DNA of 64,000 bases, taken from contig OZ024740.1 of the NCBI GenBank assembly GCA_964016885.1, forward strand, positions 84,382,001 to 84,446,000. The letters run 5' to 3'. This stretch comes from Eledone cirrhosa. Taxonomy: Eukaryota. The notes beneath the pieces were generated by a model. The model searched no databases and was not told where the DNA came from. It was given only the letters and a program-made list of their open reading frames with translations. Positions within the stretch are counted from its first letter, which is position 1. Each line of letters starts with the position of its first letter. Positions 34,361 through 48,373 of this stretch are shown here, piece by piece. The translations under genes and the position numbers were made by a program.

Positions 34361-35382
34361 ACTGCTTTGTAACCTGTTTTGTGGGTTTTGCTTGTCTACT
34401 TACTCCCTATTAAACTTGTTTTAGAGTCGTTTTAACAGGGTATTCTGGAGGTCGAACTACTCAATCTCGAACAGCAACGGTGGCGTAAGAAATTCCATTT
34501 TATTTTCTCCCAACTCTTTGCAGCCATGACTATATTAATCAGTGGGCTGTAAGCGGCATGGGGTTTACCTGGTAGCAAAGTCTGTACTTCTCAACTCTGT
34601 ATTTCTCAACTCTGTTTTACATGCCGGAATGGACCATCTTGCAAAAGCGTGATCTACTTGCATTCATATCTAAGTGTAAAATTCTGTAAATTAAATGCTC
34701 CTCGTCTGTGTATTGCGTAACGGGTGATTTCATTGATGGATCCAGCATTCTTCATACATTTGTTTTCAAGGTATTCTTATTTGTAAGATCTGCCCCCACC
34801 TCACGCCAGCCTTCCCCCAAAACAAGTATGTACAGCCTTAAATCGCAATCGAGCATGTCTTAGTAACACGTACCATGCTTTCGATAATGGTTTTAATTAG
34901 CCATGGAGCTGCAAACACGCATAGCCATTCTCTCGATTCTCCTTACCTTTATCTAGCGGGACATTAAAATGTGATACCTGTTAGAAGAGAAGGAACAACA
35001 CCAACAAGAGGCTAGTATTTTATTTATCGATCCTGAAATGAAGTAAGGTAAAATCAACCGCAAGAAGTTTAACCACAAGGGGATAAACCAGAATAAACAT
35101 CTAACGATCTAACTAATCTTTCAATCGATTACAAGTTTATAACATTTCATGTATCTGATATTGTTTTGTAAATTGTACTGCCACCTTACTTTGAAATGTG
35201 ACTGTATTTCTTATTTGCTTTAGATTCTGCTAGTGTAAATGTGACTTTTTCCACCTCGTCTATACCGTTTCATTTTTCTTGAAAGTATTATCGCTATCAG
35301 TGTTGTTATTTTTTTAACGCAAGATCAACTCTGATCGAACAGAAGTATTACAAAGAATATCTTCATATATGTCGAAATTAAC

Positions 35383-35418
<36 letters not shown>

Positions 35419-35471
35419 GTGTATGTGCGTGTGTGTGTGCGTGTGTGTGCATGTGTTTGTGTGTTTGTGTG

Positions 35472-35551
<80 letters not shown>

Positions 35552-35823
35552 GGGGTGTGTGTGTGTGTGTGGGTGTGTGTGTGTGTGTGAGAGAGAGAGA
35601 GGTGTGTACACATGATGTTTATATGGAAAAACGTAATGTTGCTAACGTGATTTGGGAAAAATTCCAAATACGAGATGTGGTGGCCTGAAGTTAAATTCTC
35701 CTATCATAACAATAAGACTTGCATTCATTTTTAATATGATTTCGGATTATTTTAACCTCATATGTTTTACTAAGTGATGCTCATAATATAATGCTTAAAT
35801 ACATTTTCATATACACACAACTA

Positions 35824-36038
35824 CAGGGTAGGCCAGAATTCATGACTCACTTGATTATTTATAGATTATTTATAAATAAAAAACCCGTGAGGCATATTAA
35901 GAAATAAAAATATAAATTAAGAAACCTGCTAAGCATATTAAGAAATAAAATAATAAATTAAAACAATACAATAACAATAATAATAAGCATGTTAAGAAAT
36001 ATAACTAACAAGCAAGTCATGAATTCTGGTCCACCCTG
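35824..36038. mobile_element. Tc1/mariner-type MITE, 215 bp
   Basis: TIRs cagggtaggccagaattcatgact and agtcatgaattctggtccaccctg (two mismatches), TA on both sides, AT-rich interior. Confidence 0.85.
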
Positions 36039-37807
36039 TAATTTTCGTAAGGGTGTTGTTATCGATTTATTTTACCCCAGTACATGACTCATAATTATTT
36101 TCGCAAATCTTATATCGGTGACAGATGCAAAGCAGACTCAACCGATACTTTTTAAACCTTGGCCTAACCAGGGATGACATGTGACTAGACAACCACATCA
36201 GCAATGTGTTGTATTTAAGGTAGAATATATAACCTATGTTTTATCGACTAATAGATTTGGCATCAAAGGTAACACACGTTCAACAATTCTGGTGCAGAGG
36301 AATCTAACGAATTGTGTGCTTATGTTGCTGTTTGATCCCTACTTTGAACAGACTTATATTCAAATAAGTTTCCACCATGATAGTCCTGTATTTTATTCAG
36401 ACGGTGTATAAAGGGTTTCCTTATGCTGCGTTGCTCTCATTGTCATCCAGATCTAATAGACCCATAATCAATGACTTAACTGTTGTGACTCTCATATTTG
36501 CAAATATCAGTGGCTGCATGGTTAATTTTGATTGTAGGGTATAATTTGATGATGATATTGCTGCTATTTTTAGCAAATTGAAAGAGTACATAAGGCGGTC
36601 TTGTTTGCTTGAGTCCCGTTTATATTATATTATAAAAACAATGCGACATCTTCTCTTATCCGGAGCAGGTTACTGAAATACTTTTAAAGAATACATTTGA
36701 TTTTTAATTTAACTTCCCAATGGAGAATTTACGACTTCTAAAAAGTCTGATATAAATTTGTCAATAACATATATATTAAAAGATTAATATGAATAATATG
36801 TCTGTAAACACAGATTAACAATCCTCAAGAATTCGGCAAGCTGTTAACAGGTTACACAAGCTTTGCAGGCTGTGCTTCTGTAGATATGTCATAATTGTTT
36901 CTACTTCAATGCTTTTTTTCCAAATGTCCAATTCTGATAAGTATAAAATTAGATATTGATAAACTCAAAATATTACATAACTTCAATTTTCTCCAAACTT
37001 GCATTACATTCTTAATAACAGACCGAAATAACAATGTCTCTCAAAGTTAACTATATTATGCGCGCGCACGCACCAAATACATTTGATACATATATACATA
37101 TATATATATATGTGTATCTAGAGAGAAATAGAGCCCGGTTGAAAGAGCGAGATGTGAGGATACATATATGTATGCATATATTCATACATAGTCATACACA
37201 TACATTATGGTCGTACACTCGAGTACGAAAACGACAATCATTATCTATTGAACTTTATCACATTTTCAACGTTGTCTCTTTAAGATGGCCAGACATCCAC
37301 ATGACTTTTGGAAGAAAAACTTACAAAGACACATATGTACGAATGTGTATGCAAAATACTTTTCTGATATATACAATTGTATATCTTTTAAATGCAACAT
37401 TAATTTTCCAAGCATTCTCAAATGTACTGTAAATTGTGTAGCAATATAGAGCGGCGAACTTACCGTACTCAGCATTTTGATTGACCTTACGAATTCGTTA
37501 ATTTTTAATCCTACCAATAAATGTAAGATATATTCGTGGTAATGAATGAGTGTTATACCCACTTCTATTGATGTGTGTGTGTGTGTGTGTGTGTGTTTGT
37601 TCTTGTTGTGTGTGTGTGTGTGTGTGTGTGTTTGAATGTGTGAATGTGTTTGAATGTGTGTGTGTATGTTTTATGTATGTATGTAAGCACGTGTGAAATA
37701 GAATACGATGATGATTGAAAATTTAAAAATAGAATTAGAAGCTTTTACCGTATATTGACTACAGAAACTAGTCTAATATTAACCCACGTAACGGAAAAAA
37801 TGGGCAC

Positions 37808-37850
37808 TAGCCTGCGTGGGAATCGAACCCACACCTCTTATTTGGAGACT
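37808..37850 (-). other. tRNA-like T-arm fragment (probably a SINE head remnant)
   Basis: Minus strand gtggg-ttcgatt-cccac T-stem/B-box; no D-arm or acceptor stem recovered. Confidence 0.5.
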
Positions 37851-39183
37851 GTGGTTATAATTATCTGTATTGTGGCGACTAAATTTCCACAGTATTCATT
37901 TCTAAAAATGTAACACGTGCCTATTATAGTGTCACTAATAAAATATTCCTCTCAGTTTCAATGAGCTTATTACAGCTCTTCTCTCCTTGAGCTCAAAATG
38001 TGGTGATAAGGAACGTGATACCATAAAACAAGTAGCTGTAATGTAAACAGTTGCTGGTATATATAGTCTTGATTATGCACTGTTTAAATGCAATATTATC
38101 TCTATGAGATTATTAGCCAGATTTACGTTAAAACACTTTGTTACCTCTCTTAGATACCGATCACTTCCAACACACGTACTTTAATACAAGTTGTTGAAGT
38201 AAACGAAGTAACAGATGACCATTTCTTGTCTATTAGATTCATTGCGATAATTTACTTACCCATGTAAATAAGAATTTGTGTGTTTTTACTGATATAACTG
38301 CAGTATGAGAGTTCAGCCACGTCGTGTGTTAATAAAGGTGTTTAGGTTTCTATCGATTGTATGAAAAATAATCTTAATGCAAACACGATAGACCAGTTGA
38401 AATCAAAACCTACATGATTAAGAAAAGTGTTGACTTACTTAAGACTTGCTTTGTGACCTATAACTTCCCATATACTTAATCTCCCATTCGTATCTATCGT
38501 TTGTACGTTTCTGTAAATTTTCCCCTACTATGGCTTTTCTCTTCTACACTTCTTTCGATTTATCGTACTGAATAAACTACCTTATATAAACAAACACCTA
38601 TACATACATACATACATACATACATACATGCACACATAAATGCATACATACATACAGACAGACATACAGACAGACAGACAGACAGACAGGCGTACGTGCG
38701 TACGTATATACACACATACAGACAGACACACACACACACAGAGACAGACATTTGATATTGCGAGTTCACACACATTCAATAAAAGGCTAGTCGTAGCATG
38801 CCATTGACCCTAGGTTTGCACGGTAAGATAAATATCCTCAAATATTTAGAATTTTATATATAACTAGACCTGCAGGATAAAGTTAGAATTTTGACATGTA
38901 TCTATGCCGTGGTTTCATCTTTACTTTGCGGTCTTTCTCCTTTTTCCTTTGTATTGAAGGAAAGAAATTTTTATATTTTTCTCATAACATCATAAACTAC
39001 ATTTTCGACTCGCTGGCATCAGCTGACTCTGGTTGATGCTGTGCTAGATCTTTCGATTTTCGTCTTTTGATAGCAAACCACTTGAAACTGCCTCTGGTTC
39101 TACAATATTAAGCAGTCTATTTTAAATTGTTAATAATCATTTATTTTATTCCCATTTTCCCATTACTTAATTCTGCTTTCCCA

Positions 39184-39258
39184 CTGAAGTTCAAATATCT
39201 CGGGGCCGTGTTCACCAGTGATGGAAGGTAAGAGGGTGAATTAAGTGCAAGAATTATT
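39184..39258 (+). pseudogene. Tiny RTE-clade RT fragment
   Basis: KFKYLGAVFTSDGR*EGELSARI; parallels 51718-51795 (-). Confidence 0.65.
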
Positions 39259-39580
39259 GAAGGTTATAATAGAATATTCAAGAAAATGTTAGTCTGTGTT
39301 TCACTTTAATAAATTGATAACGGACAACATTCTACCTTATGACCAATTCTAATTACTATAGCGGATTTACTCAATGACAGTATCTCAGCACCTTAATGGG
39401 GTTTATCAAATATTGGGTTACGTCTATTCTGACGGAGAGGAACGTTCCGTGTGCACGTATCTCGGGAATAAAAATTCAATAAGACGATGTAATTCATGTT
39501 AACAAACTACATAATAGTCATCGTCGAATACGATAGAGATCCATGCATTAGCATGCCTACGTAATGACACACACACGCTC

Positions 39581-39631
<51 letters not shown>

Positions 39632-39663
39632 CATATGTACGTATGGGTTGTATCGAACGTTAA

Positions 39664-39721
<58 letters not shown>

Positions 39722-39790
39722 ATGCTTTCACACGTTTTCAGATAAAGAATCTTCCTAAACAAATTCAGAAACGAAATATATATATATATA

Positions 39791-41153
39791 TATTAATACA
39801 ATAACAGAGAAAGCTTTACGCTAAACTCCGACTGGTAACCATCTCACTCAACAAACATTAGGTTATACGTTAGTATAAACCCAATTTAGTGTCTGGGGTG
39901 CTAACTATATGTATTTTGTGGAAAGCCAGTTGTATTATTTTATGAGATATAATTAAAATTAAAATATATCTCTCTTTCCAAACAATTGTTTCATTATAAG
40001 TATTCTACAAGTTGGGAGAATATTTCCAGTTTATGTAGAAGCCTAATATATTTTCATGTAAGAATATAATTACGTGGGCACTTATAAATCGTCAGTGGAA
40101 GCCCATTAAACTTTGATATAAGAAAAATTTCTTACCGCAGTTAATTTTCGTGTCTGCTAATTTGTCCCTTCACGCATCGAATGACCGCCAAATTTGAAAT
40201 TCCAGCAGTCCTTTGACTGAGGAAGTATCATAGCGTCATGAAGCGGGAAAGGGAGACAACCACGAGTCACGAGAAAAGAAAAATAATATACACGTGGGTT
40301 AATTAGTTTTTTCAAAAACATTATCAATCCTTCGTGTTAAGAACTCAATTAATTTTTAAAAAATAAATGTATGCGTGTATTAATTACACACGCATATAGA
40401 TATTTTCTTAGGCTAAAAACAGAGAAGTGATACCTGAATAACGAACAATATCTCACAACTGTAACAAATACGGAAAGTTACACCTTAAAAGACATTTGGG
40501 AATGTAAATTTCTGGCCAAATTAAGAGTAAAATATTTAATACACGCAGGTTAATTAGTTATTTCAAAACCAATATCAATTCCGCGTGTTAAGAACTCAAT
40601 TAATTTAAAAAAATAAATGTATGCATGTAATTATTTACACACGCATATAGATATTTTCTTAGGCTAAAAACAGAGAAGTGATAACCAAAAAACTAACAAT
40701 ATCTCATAACAGTAAGAAATACGGAAAGTCATGTTATAAGGTACCTGGAAATAAAAATCTCTGGCCAAATCAAGAGTAAAATATTAATACAATAACAGAG
40801 AAAGCTTTACGCTAAACTCCGACTGGTAACCATCTCACTCAACAAACATTAGGTTATACGTTAGTATAAACCCAATTTAGTGTCTGGGGTGCTAACTATA
40901 TGTATTTTGTGGAAAGCCAGTTGTATTATTTTATATGAGATATAATTAAAATTAAAATATATCTCTCTTTCCAAACAATTGTTTCATTATAAGTATTCTA
41001 CAAGTTGGGAGAATATTTCCAGTTTATGTAGAAGCCTAATATATTTTCATGTAAGAATACAATTAGGTGGGCACTTATAAATCGTCAGTGGAAGCCCATT
41101 AAACTTTGATATAAGAAAAAATTCTTACCGCAGTTAATTTTCGTGTCTGCTAA
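39791..41153. repeat. A-x-B-B'-A nested duplication
   Basis: 39791-40160 is nearly identical to 40782-41153; about 40285-40536 and 40537-40785 are a more diverged ~250-bp tandem pair. Confidence 0.9.
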
Positions 41154-41172
41154 AATATATTATACGCAAGTA

Positions 41173-41220
<48 letters not shown>

Positions 41221-43315
41221 CGTATGTATATGTTGGTGTGTGTGTGCATGTGTGTAAATAGGTGCTTTATATATAAAGGAGTATAAACGACGAAAATGTG
41301 TATTCAACATACGCCATGGATATTAAATATTATTGATTAAAAATTTGACTTGAGTATCAGATTTCACATAAGAATGTCTTAACCACACACAGAAACATAC
41401 AGAATCATCCTTTATGCACAAAGATGATAGATGCTAAATCGGTTTCAATTATGAGCATTAAGTTGTTCGATCGACTGAACATTCAAAATACCGTATTCTT
41501 CCGCGTATACTGCACAGTTTTTTGTGGGTTTTTTCGTGTTTTAGGAGTGCACGGTATACACCATAGCTAAATGTTATACACCAAACGTAGGCTTTTCGAG
41601 ACATTTTCCTAGTTATACACCAAAACCAGGCTTTTTCAGACATTTTTCTAGTGAAAACAACGTTATACGTGAATGTGTAAAATACACGGAAGAATACATT
41701 ATTACTTGTAGGTAACCAAACATTCCAGAAGTTTCCTTAAATAGATTCGAAAGCTAAATCAACGAGACAGTAACCCTGTATTTCATGATTGCTAGAGTAA
41801 CTTCTAAACTGATCGTTCATCTTTGCGTCCATATGCACAGACACACGAAATATCACATATACACCATTCATGGGACAATGTATTCTCCATCCTGTCGGCC
41901 GGGACCCAGAAGTTGCGGGTGAGTTAGTTGGTAGTGTAGGATACTCGTTCGGACATCATTTTCACATATGTATTAAATACTTGAAACTGTTATTCAAAGA
42001 GAAATATGTACATCTAGAGAAGAATGGATACCTAACATTTTGTGTATATTATGTCTACTAGCAGAAAACCACTCTTCGGGTGGTTTTCTGCTAGCGTGTG
42101 TAATGTGCATATTGATATTATACGCAAGTATGTGTGCATGTAGATATGATACATCAAATAAAATCGTAATTGACAATATACACAGAAATTGAACGAAGAT
42201 TGCGTTACACTGTCTTATATAATCAGTAACGTAATCCATGATACATTAAAAAAAGACGATATTATATATAAACTGCATTAGGAGAAAATTAGTGACGGAA
42301 ATATAGGAATGTTTATTTAAGTGATCGCTAACCGGAAGTGTTGACATTTGAAAATTTTAAAGAAGTGAATTTTAAAATAAGCAACAATATTATTTATATT
42401 TAATCAAGAATAACGAAATGTAATAGATAAATTATGTAATATTCATTCATTATTTATTCAGAGTAATCCAACTTATTTTACAAACGGGATAAAAAAAAGT
42501 ATATTCTGGACGCAGTCCCGCACTCCTTACTTTATTATAGTTTAGATAACAAAATACTTGAAACTGTTATACAGTGAGGAATATTTATATCTAGAGAAGA
42601 ATGGATACCTAACTTGGTTCATGTCATTCAATTCTTTTCTAACTTTTGCATAAGTTACATATACATCAGGATCCCGCACTGTTTGAGTTTCGAAAATTCA
42701 TCTAAAGTATATTGAGAAAACCGAGTCTGTGGTGTTAAACACAATTGCCTAAATGCTGTGCAGTAAATGCACCGTGGAATAGTTGTTTGTAAAAATAACT
42801 TAAACACAAACCAATTCCATACAACCAAATATTTTTTATCTTAATCTTTACAAAATTTCAATAGCGTAAATAATTTGAAGATATAATATTTAATACAAGA
42901 CAAAAGATGTCAATGTTTTAAAGCCTGAAGTGATCAGTGGTTAGGAATTCTATTAAAGTAATCTAAACTTTACTTTGAAGGACATCGATATTGTAATAGA
43001 ATCAGTTGAGCGTGAAATTATCAAATATCGATTTTCGTTCTATGAAATAGATATAGATTTAACATTTTGTCATATACACACACACACACAGACACTCACA
43101 AACACATCCTATGCTCTTGTTTGAATAAGAAGGTTGGAATATGCATTTGGAAGTTGTTTAAAATTAATTTCTGGTTGGTGACGCATGGTTTTGGTTGAAG
43201 GATTCATTGCAGGATTGTGGTTTGCTTTGGGGTTCGCGGATGGCATGCATTTGATTTGGAATTGTTTACGTTTTAGTTGAGGCATATACGGTCTTTTATA
43301 CATATATATATGTGT

Positions 43316-43383
<68 letters not shown>

Positions 43384-43545
43384 GTGTGTTTGTGCGTGTG
43401 TGTGTGTTTGTGTCTGTGTGTATGTGTGTATGTGTAAAGGAAATGCTTCATGTCCATTCACCTTCCAGTATTCGAGTGTTTTGAGAAAGAGAGAATGAGA
43501 AAGAGATACAGATATATACACATTATATATATATATGTGTGGATT

Positions 43546-46467
43546 GGTGGTGGATTGGCAGTATCGGTAGAGGGTCAGACACCATGTGAGGGCGGTGGAT
43601 TGGCAGTATCGGTAGAGGGTCGGACGCCATGTGAGGGCGGTGGATTGGCAGTATCGGTAGAGGGTCGGACGCCATGTAAGGGCGGTGGATTGGCAGTATC
43701 GGTAGAGGGTCAGACACCATGTGAGGGCGGTGGATTGGCAGTATCGGTAGAGGGTCAGACACCATGTGAGGGCGGTGGATTGGCAGTATCGGTAGAGGGT
43801 CGGACGCCATGTAAGGGCGGTGGATTGGCAGTATCGGTAGAGGGTCGGACGCCATGTAAGGGCGGTGGATTGGCAGTATCGGTAGAGGGTCAGACACCAT
43901 GTGAGGGCGGTGGATTGGCAGTATCGGTAGAGGGTCAGACACCATGTGAGGGCGGTGGATTGGCAGTATCGGTAGAGGGTCGGACGCCATGTAAGGGCGG
44001 TGGATTGGCAGTATCGGTAGAGGGTCAGACACCATGTGAGGGCGGTGGATTGGCAGTATCGGTAGAGGGTCAGACACCATGTGAGGGCGGTGGATTGGCA
44101 GTATCGGTAGAGGGTCGGACGCCATGTAAGGGCGGTGGATTGGCAGTATCGGTAGAGGGTCAGACACCATGTGAGGGCGGTGGATTGGCAGTATCGGTAG
44201 AGGGTCGGACGCCATGTAAGGGCGGTGGATTGGCAGTATCGGTAGAGGGTCGGACGCCATGTAAGGGCGGTGGATTGGCAGTATCGGTAGAGGGTCAGAC
44301 ACCATGTGAGGGCGGTGGATTGGCAGTATCGGTAGAGGGTCAGACACCATGTGAGGGCGGTGGATTGGCAGTATCGGTAGAGGGTCGGACGCCATGTAAG
44401 GGCGGTGGATTGGCAGTATCGGTAGAGGGTCAGACACCATGTGAGGGCGGTGGATTGGCAGTATCGGTAGAGGGTCGGACGCCATGTAAGGGCGGTGGAT
44501 TGGCAGTATCGGTAGAGGGTCAGACACCATGTGAGGGCGGTGGATTGGCAGTATCGGTAGAGGGTCGGACGCCATGTAAGGGCGGTGGATTGGCAGTATC
44601 GGTAGAGGGTCAGACACCATGTGAGGGCGGTGGATTGGCAGTATCGGTAGAGGGTCAGACACCATGTGAGGGCGGTGGATTGGCAGTATCGGTAGAGGGT
44701 CGGACGCCATGTAAGGGCGGTGGATTGGCAGTATCGGTAGAGGGTCAGACACCATGTGAGGGCGGTGGATTGGCAGTATCGGTAGAGGGTCAGACACCAT
44801 GTGAGGGCGGTGGATTGGCAGTATCGGTAGAGGGTCAGACACCATGTAAGGGCGGTGGATTGGCAGTATCGGTAGAGGGTCAGACACCATGTGAGGGCGG
44901 TGGATTGGCAGTATCGGTAGAGGGTCAGACACCATGTGAGGGCGGTGGATTGGCAGTATCGGTAGAGGGTCAGACACCATGTGAGGGCGGTGGATTGGCA
45001 GTATCGGTAGAGGGTCGGACGCCATGTAAGGGCGGTGGATTGGCAGTATCGGTAGAGGGTCAGACACCATGTGAGGGCGGTGGATTGGCAGTATCGGTAG
45101 AGGGTCAGACACCATGTGAGGGCGGTGGATTGGCAGTATCGGTAGAGGGTCAGACACCATGTAAGGGCGGTGGATTGGCAGTATCGGTAGAGGGTCAGAC
45201 ACCATGTGAGGGCGGTGGATTGGCAGTATCGGTAGAGGGTCAGACACCATGTGAGGGCGGTGGATTGGCAGTATCGGTAGAGGGTCAGACACCATGTGAG
45301 GGCGGTGGATTGGCAGTATCGGTAGAGGGTCAGACACCATGTGAGGGCGGTGGATTGGCAGTATCGGTAGAGGGTCGGACGCCATGTAAGGGCGGTGGAT
45401 TGGCAGTATCGGTAGAGGGTCGGACGCCATGTAAGGGCGGTGGATTGGCAGTATCGGTAGAGGGTCAGACACCATGTGAGGGCGATGGATTGGCAGTATC
45501 GGTAGAGGGTCGGACGCCATGTAAGGGCGGTGGATTGGCAGTATCGGTAGAGGGTCGGACGCCATGTAAGGGCGGTGGATTGGCAGTATCGGTAGAGGGT
45601 CAGACACCATGTGAGGGCGGTGGATTGGCAGTATCGGTAGAGGGTCGGACGCCATGTAAGGGCGGTGGATTGGCAGTATCGGTAGAGGGTCGGACGCCAT
45701 GTGAGGGCGGTGGATTGGCAGTATCGGTAGGGGGTCGGACGCCATGTAAGGGCGGTGGATTGGCAGTATCGGTAGAGGGTCGGACGCCATGTAAGGGTGG
45801 TGGATTGGCAGTATCGGTAGAGGGTCAGACACCATGTGAGGGCGGTGGATTGGCAGTATCGGTAGAGGGTCGGACGCCATGTAAGGGCGGTGGATTGGCA
45901 GTATCGGTAGAGGGTCGGACGCCATGTAAGGGCGGTGGATTGGCAGTATCGGTAGAGGGTCAGACACCATGTAAGGGCGGTGGATTGGCAGTATCGGTAG
46001 AGGGTCGGACGCCATGTAAGGGCGGTGGATTGGCAGTATCGGTAGAGGGTCGGACGCCATGTAAGGGCGGTGGATTGGCAGTATCGGTAGAGGGTCGGAC
46101 GCCATGTAAGGGTGGTGGATTGGCAGTATCGGTAGAGGGTCAGACACCATGTGAGGGCGGTGGATTGGCAGTATCGGTAGAGGGTCAGACACCATGTAAG
46201 GGCGGTGGATTGGCAGTATCGGTAGAGGGTCGGACGCCATGTAAGGGCGGTGGATTGGCAGTATCGGTAGAGGGTCAGACACCATGTGAGGGCGGTGGAT
46301 TGGCAGTATCGGTAGAGGGTCGGACGCCATGTAAGGGCGGTGGATTGGCAGTATCGGTAGAGGGTCGGACGCCATGTAAGGGCGGTGGATTGGCAGTATC
46401 GGTAGAGGGTCGGACGCCATGTAAGGGCGGTGGATTGGCAATATCGGTAGAGGGTCGGACGCCATGC
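43546..46467 (+). repeat. 45-bp minisatellite, about 65 copies, derived from the SINE 5' head
   Basis: Unit gggcggtggattggcagtatcggtagagggtc(a/g)gac(a/g)ccatgt(g/a)a; the last unit continues into a complete SINE body. Confidence 0.97.
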
Positions 46468-46612
46468 TTTCCAGCATAGTTACGTCCCTTTACGATCTGA
46501 GTTCAAATCCTGCCGAGGTTGACTTTGCCTTTCATCCTTACGGGGTCAATGAAATAAAGTACCAGTAATGCACTGGGTAATTGCTGGCCTTGTGCCTAAA
46601 GTAGAAACAATT
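46425..46612 (+). mobile_element. Octopod SINE terminating the 45-bp array
   Basis: ..gccatgctttccagcatag..gagttcaaatcctgccgagg..gtagaaacaatt. Confidence 0.92.
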
Positions 46613-46669
46613 ATATATATATATATATATGTGTGTCTGTGTGTGTATGTGTGTGTATAAAAACAAAGA

Positions 46670-46951
46670 GGGGGTGGTAAGATACTTGGTGGACCATAAC
46701 ACACCAGAGTACTCAATACTTAGGTTAGTAGAGTGGGTAATAGGAAAAGAGTCAGAGCCCTGACGGCTGAGCTCCGGTCGTTTCGACAGCTAGATCCGTA
46801 AGAACGCTTACACTTATTACACTTATTACCTTGCCCGGAACTACACGCACAACAAAACAACTATACAAATCACTACACACACACACACACACACACGGAT
46901 ATAGCTGTCGAAACGGCCGGAGCTCAGCCATCGGGGTCCTGGCTCTTTTCC
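46670..46951 (-). mobile_element. Hairpin-plus-tail element, copy 2 (~95-bp spacer)
   Basis: Arms 46743-46799 and 46895-46951; tail ttacccactctactaacctaagtattgagtactctgg on the minus strand. Confidence 0.75.
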
Positions 46952-46992
46952 CACATATATATATGTATGTATAGAGGGGGGAGTCTGCGGTG

Positions 46993-47084
46993 CTGAGACT
47001 GGGTATACCACTAATCATGGGAGTACTCAATGCATTGAGGATATACATTGAGTACTCCCATGATTAGTGTTCTCCCTGTTTCAG
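46993..47084. repeat. Hairpin with perfect 24-bp arms and an imperfect basal extension
   Basis: cactaatcatgggagtactcaatg (47009-47032) and cattgagtactcccatgattagtg (47046-47069). Confidence 0.9.
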
Positions 47085-47249
47085 TGTGTGTGTGTGTGTA
47101 GTGATTTGTATATAGTGCGTGTAATTCAGGGCAATGTAAGACGAGTAAGCTATAGGGAGCTGAGAGGGAGAAGCTAGAATCTATATATAAATTTCTGAGA
47201 TTTTGTCACAACACATAAAGAGAGAGGGGTAGTTTGACTACTTCATACT

Positions 47250-47321
<72 letters not shown>

Positions 47322-47789
47322 ACATCTGCTGCCTGTGTGAATGTATGTTTGTGTAAAAAGAAGGAAAGGGAAGCGTGTGCATTTGCACGTTTATATTTAT
47401 ATACTCATACATATAAATGCATGCATATGTACATACACACACGCACACACATATATACACATACACGTTAGCGTATGGAAAAAAATTCTAGTATAATAAA
47501 ATGCTATAAACAAGATAAACTTGTGTAAAAACGTTTTGTGTTTTATTGTTCATTTAGGTGAAGGTAGAGGTATAGAAAGATGAGTGTGTGATGGTTAATG
47601 TTAAAATAAAAATTAGGATTAGGGTTAGGGTTAGAATTAGAATTAGGATTAGAGTTAATATAGTTACTGTCAACGGTCACCTGGCTTCAGTTTACGAGCT
47701 TATCTGCTGGGTTAGTATCGGTCACTTAATACCGAGTGCTTTAGGTTTAATGGTCCCTCGTCAGACAAGATTATTCTTGGCTTGTCAAA

Positions 47790-47990
47790 TCCATTATCCA
47801 TCGGAGTATGTGTATAGATGTTTCCATGTGTCCAGGTCACTTCGACGGTTTAGAGTAGGCATCTGCTTCCTAGTAAAATGTGCCTCCACTATTCGTAGGT
47901 CTACCGTATCTCTTTTATCCGCAAGTATGTTTGTGGTTATGCTCTATCCACATATTTCTCTGTGTTGAAACACTGCGCTTGGGCTATCAA
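47790..47990 (-). pseudogene. Extreme C-terminal fragment of a PLE GIY-YIG ORF
   Basis: ITTNILADKRDTVDLRIVEAHFTRKQMPTLNRRSDL parallels [35 protein letters not shown] of the 11.4-kb element. Confidence 0.6.
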
Positions 47991-48063
47991 AATGTTCTTT
48001 GAATATGTGTGTGTATATGTGTGTGTGTATGTGTGTGTGTGGGTGTGGGTGTGTGGGGTGTGG

Positions 48064-48094
<31 letters not shown>

Positions 48095-48205
48095 CGTGTG
48101 TGTGCGTGTGTGTGTGTGTGGTGTGTGTGTGTGTGTGTGCGTGTGTGTGTGTGTGTGTGTGGTGTGTGTGTGTGTGTGTGCGTGTGTGCGTGTTTGTGTG
48201 TGTGT

Positions 48206-48242
<37 letters not shown>

Positions 48243-48373
48243 TGTGTGCGTGTTTGTGTGTGTGTGCGCGCGCGCGTTATTATACGTCCGTACGAAGCTA
48301 AAAGGATATGCAAGTAAAATAGTGTGTGTGTGTTTGTAAGTACGAAGCTGTGAGCAAAAGCGTATATATATAT

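Noticed and set aside
37808-37850. tRNA gene
   Set aside because: Only the T-arm is present; no cloverleaf.
43546-46467. CRISPR-like array
   Set aside because: No unique spacers (only three main variable positions), no cas genes, eukaryotic context.
43450-46479. 1009-aa and 984-aa ORFs on opposite strands
   Set aside because: They arise from a stop-free 45-bp SINE-head repeat. The plus-strand ORF also reads through a TA microsatellite, and no domain is present.
47612-47658. Telomere-like TTAGGG repeats
   Set aside because: Only two perfect units within degenerate hexamers in a PLE 3' region; not a true interstitial telomere.
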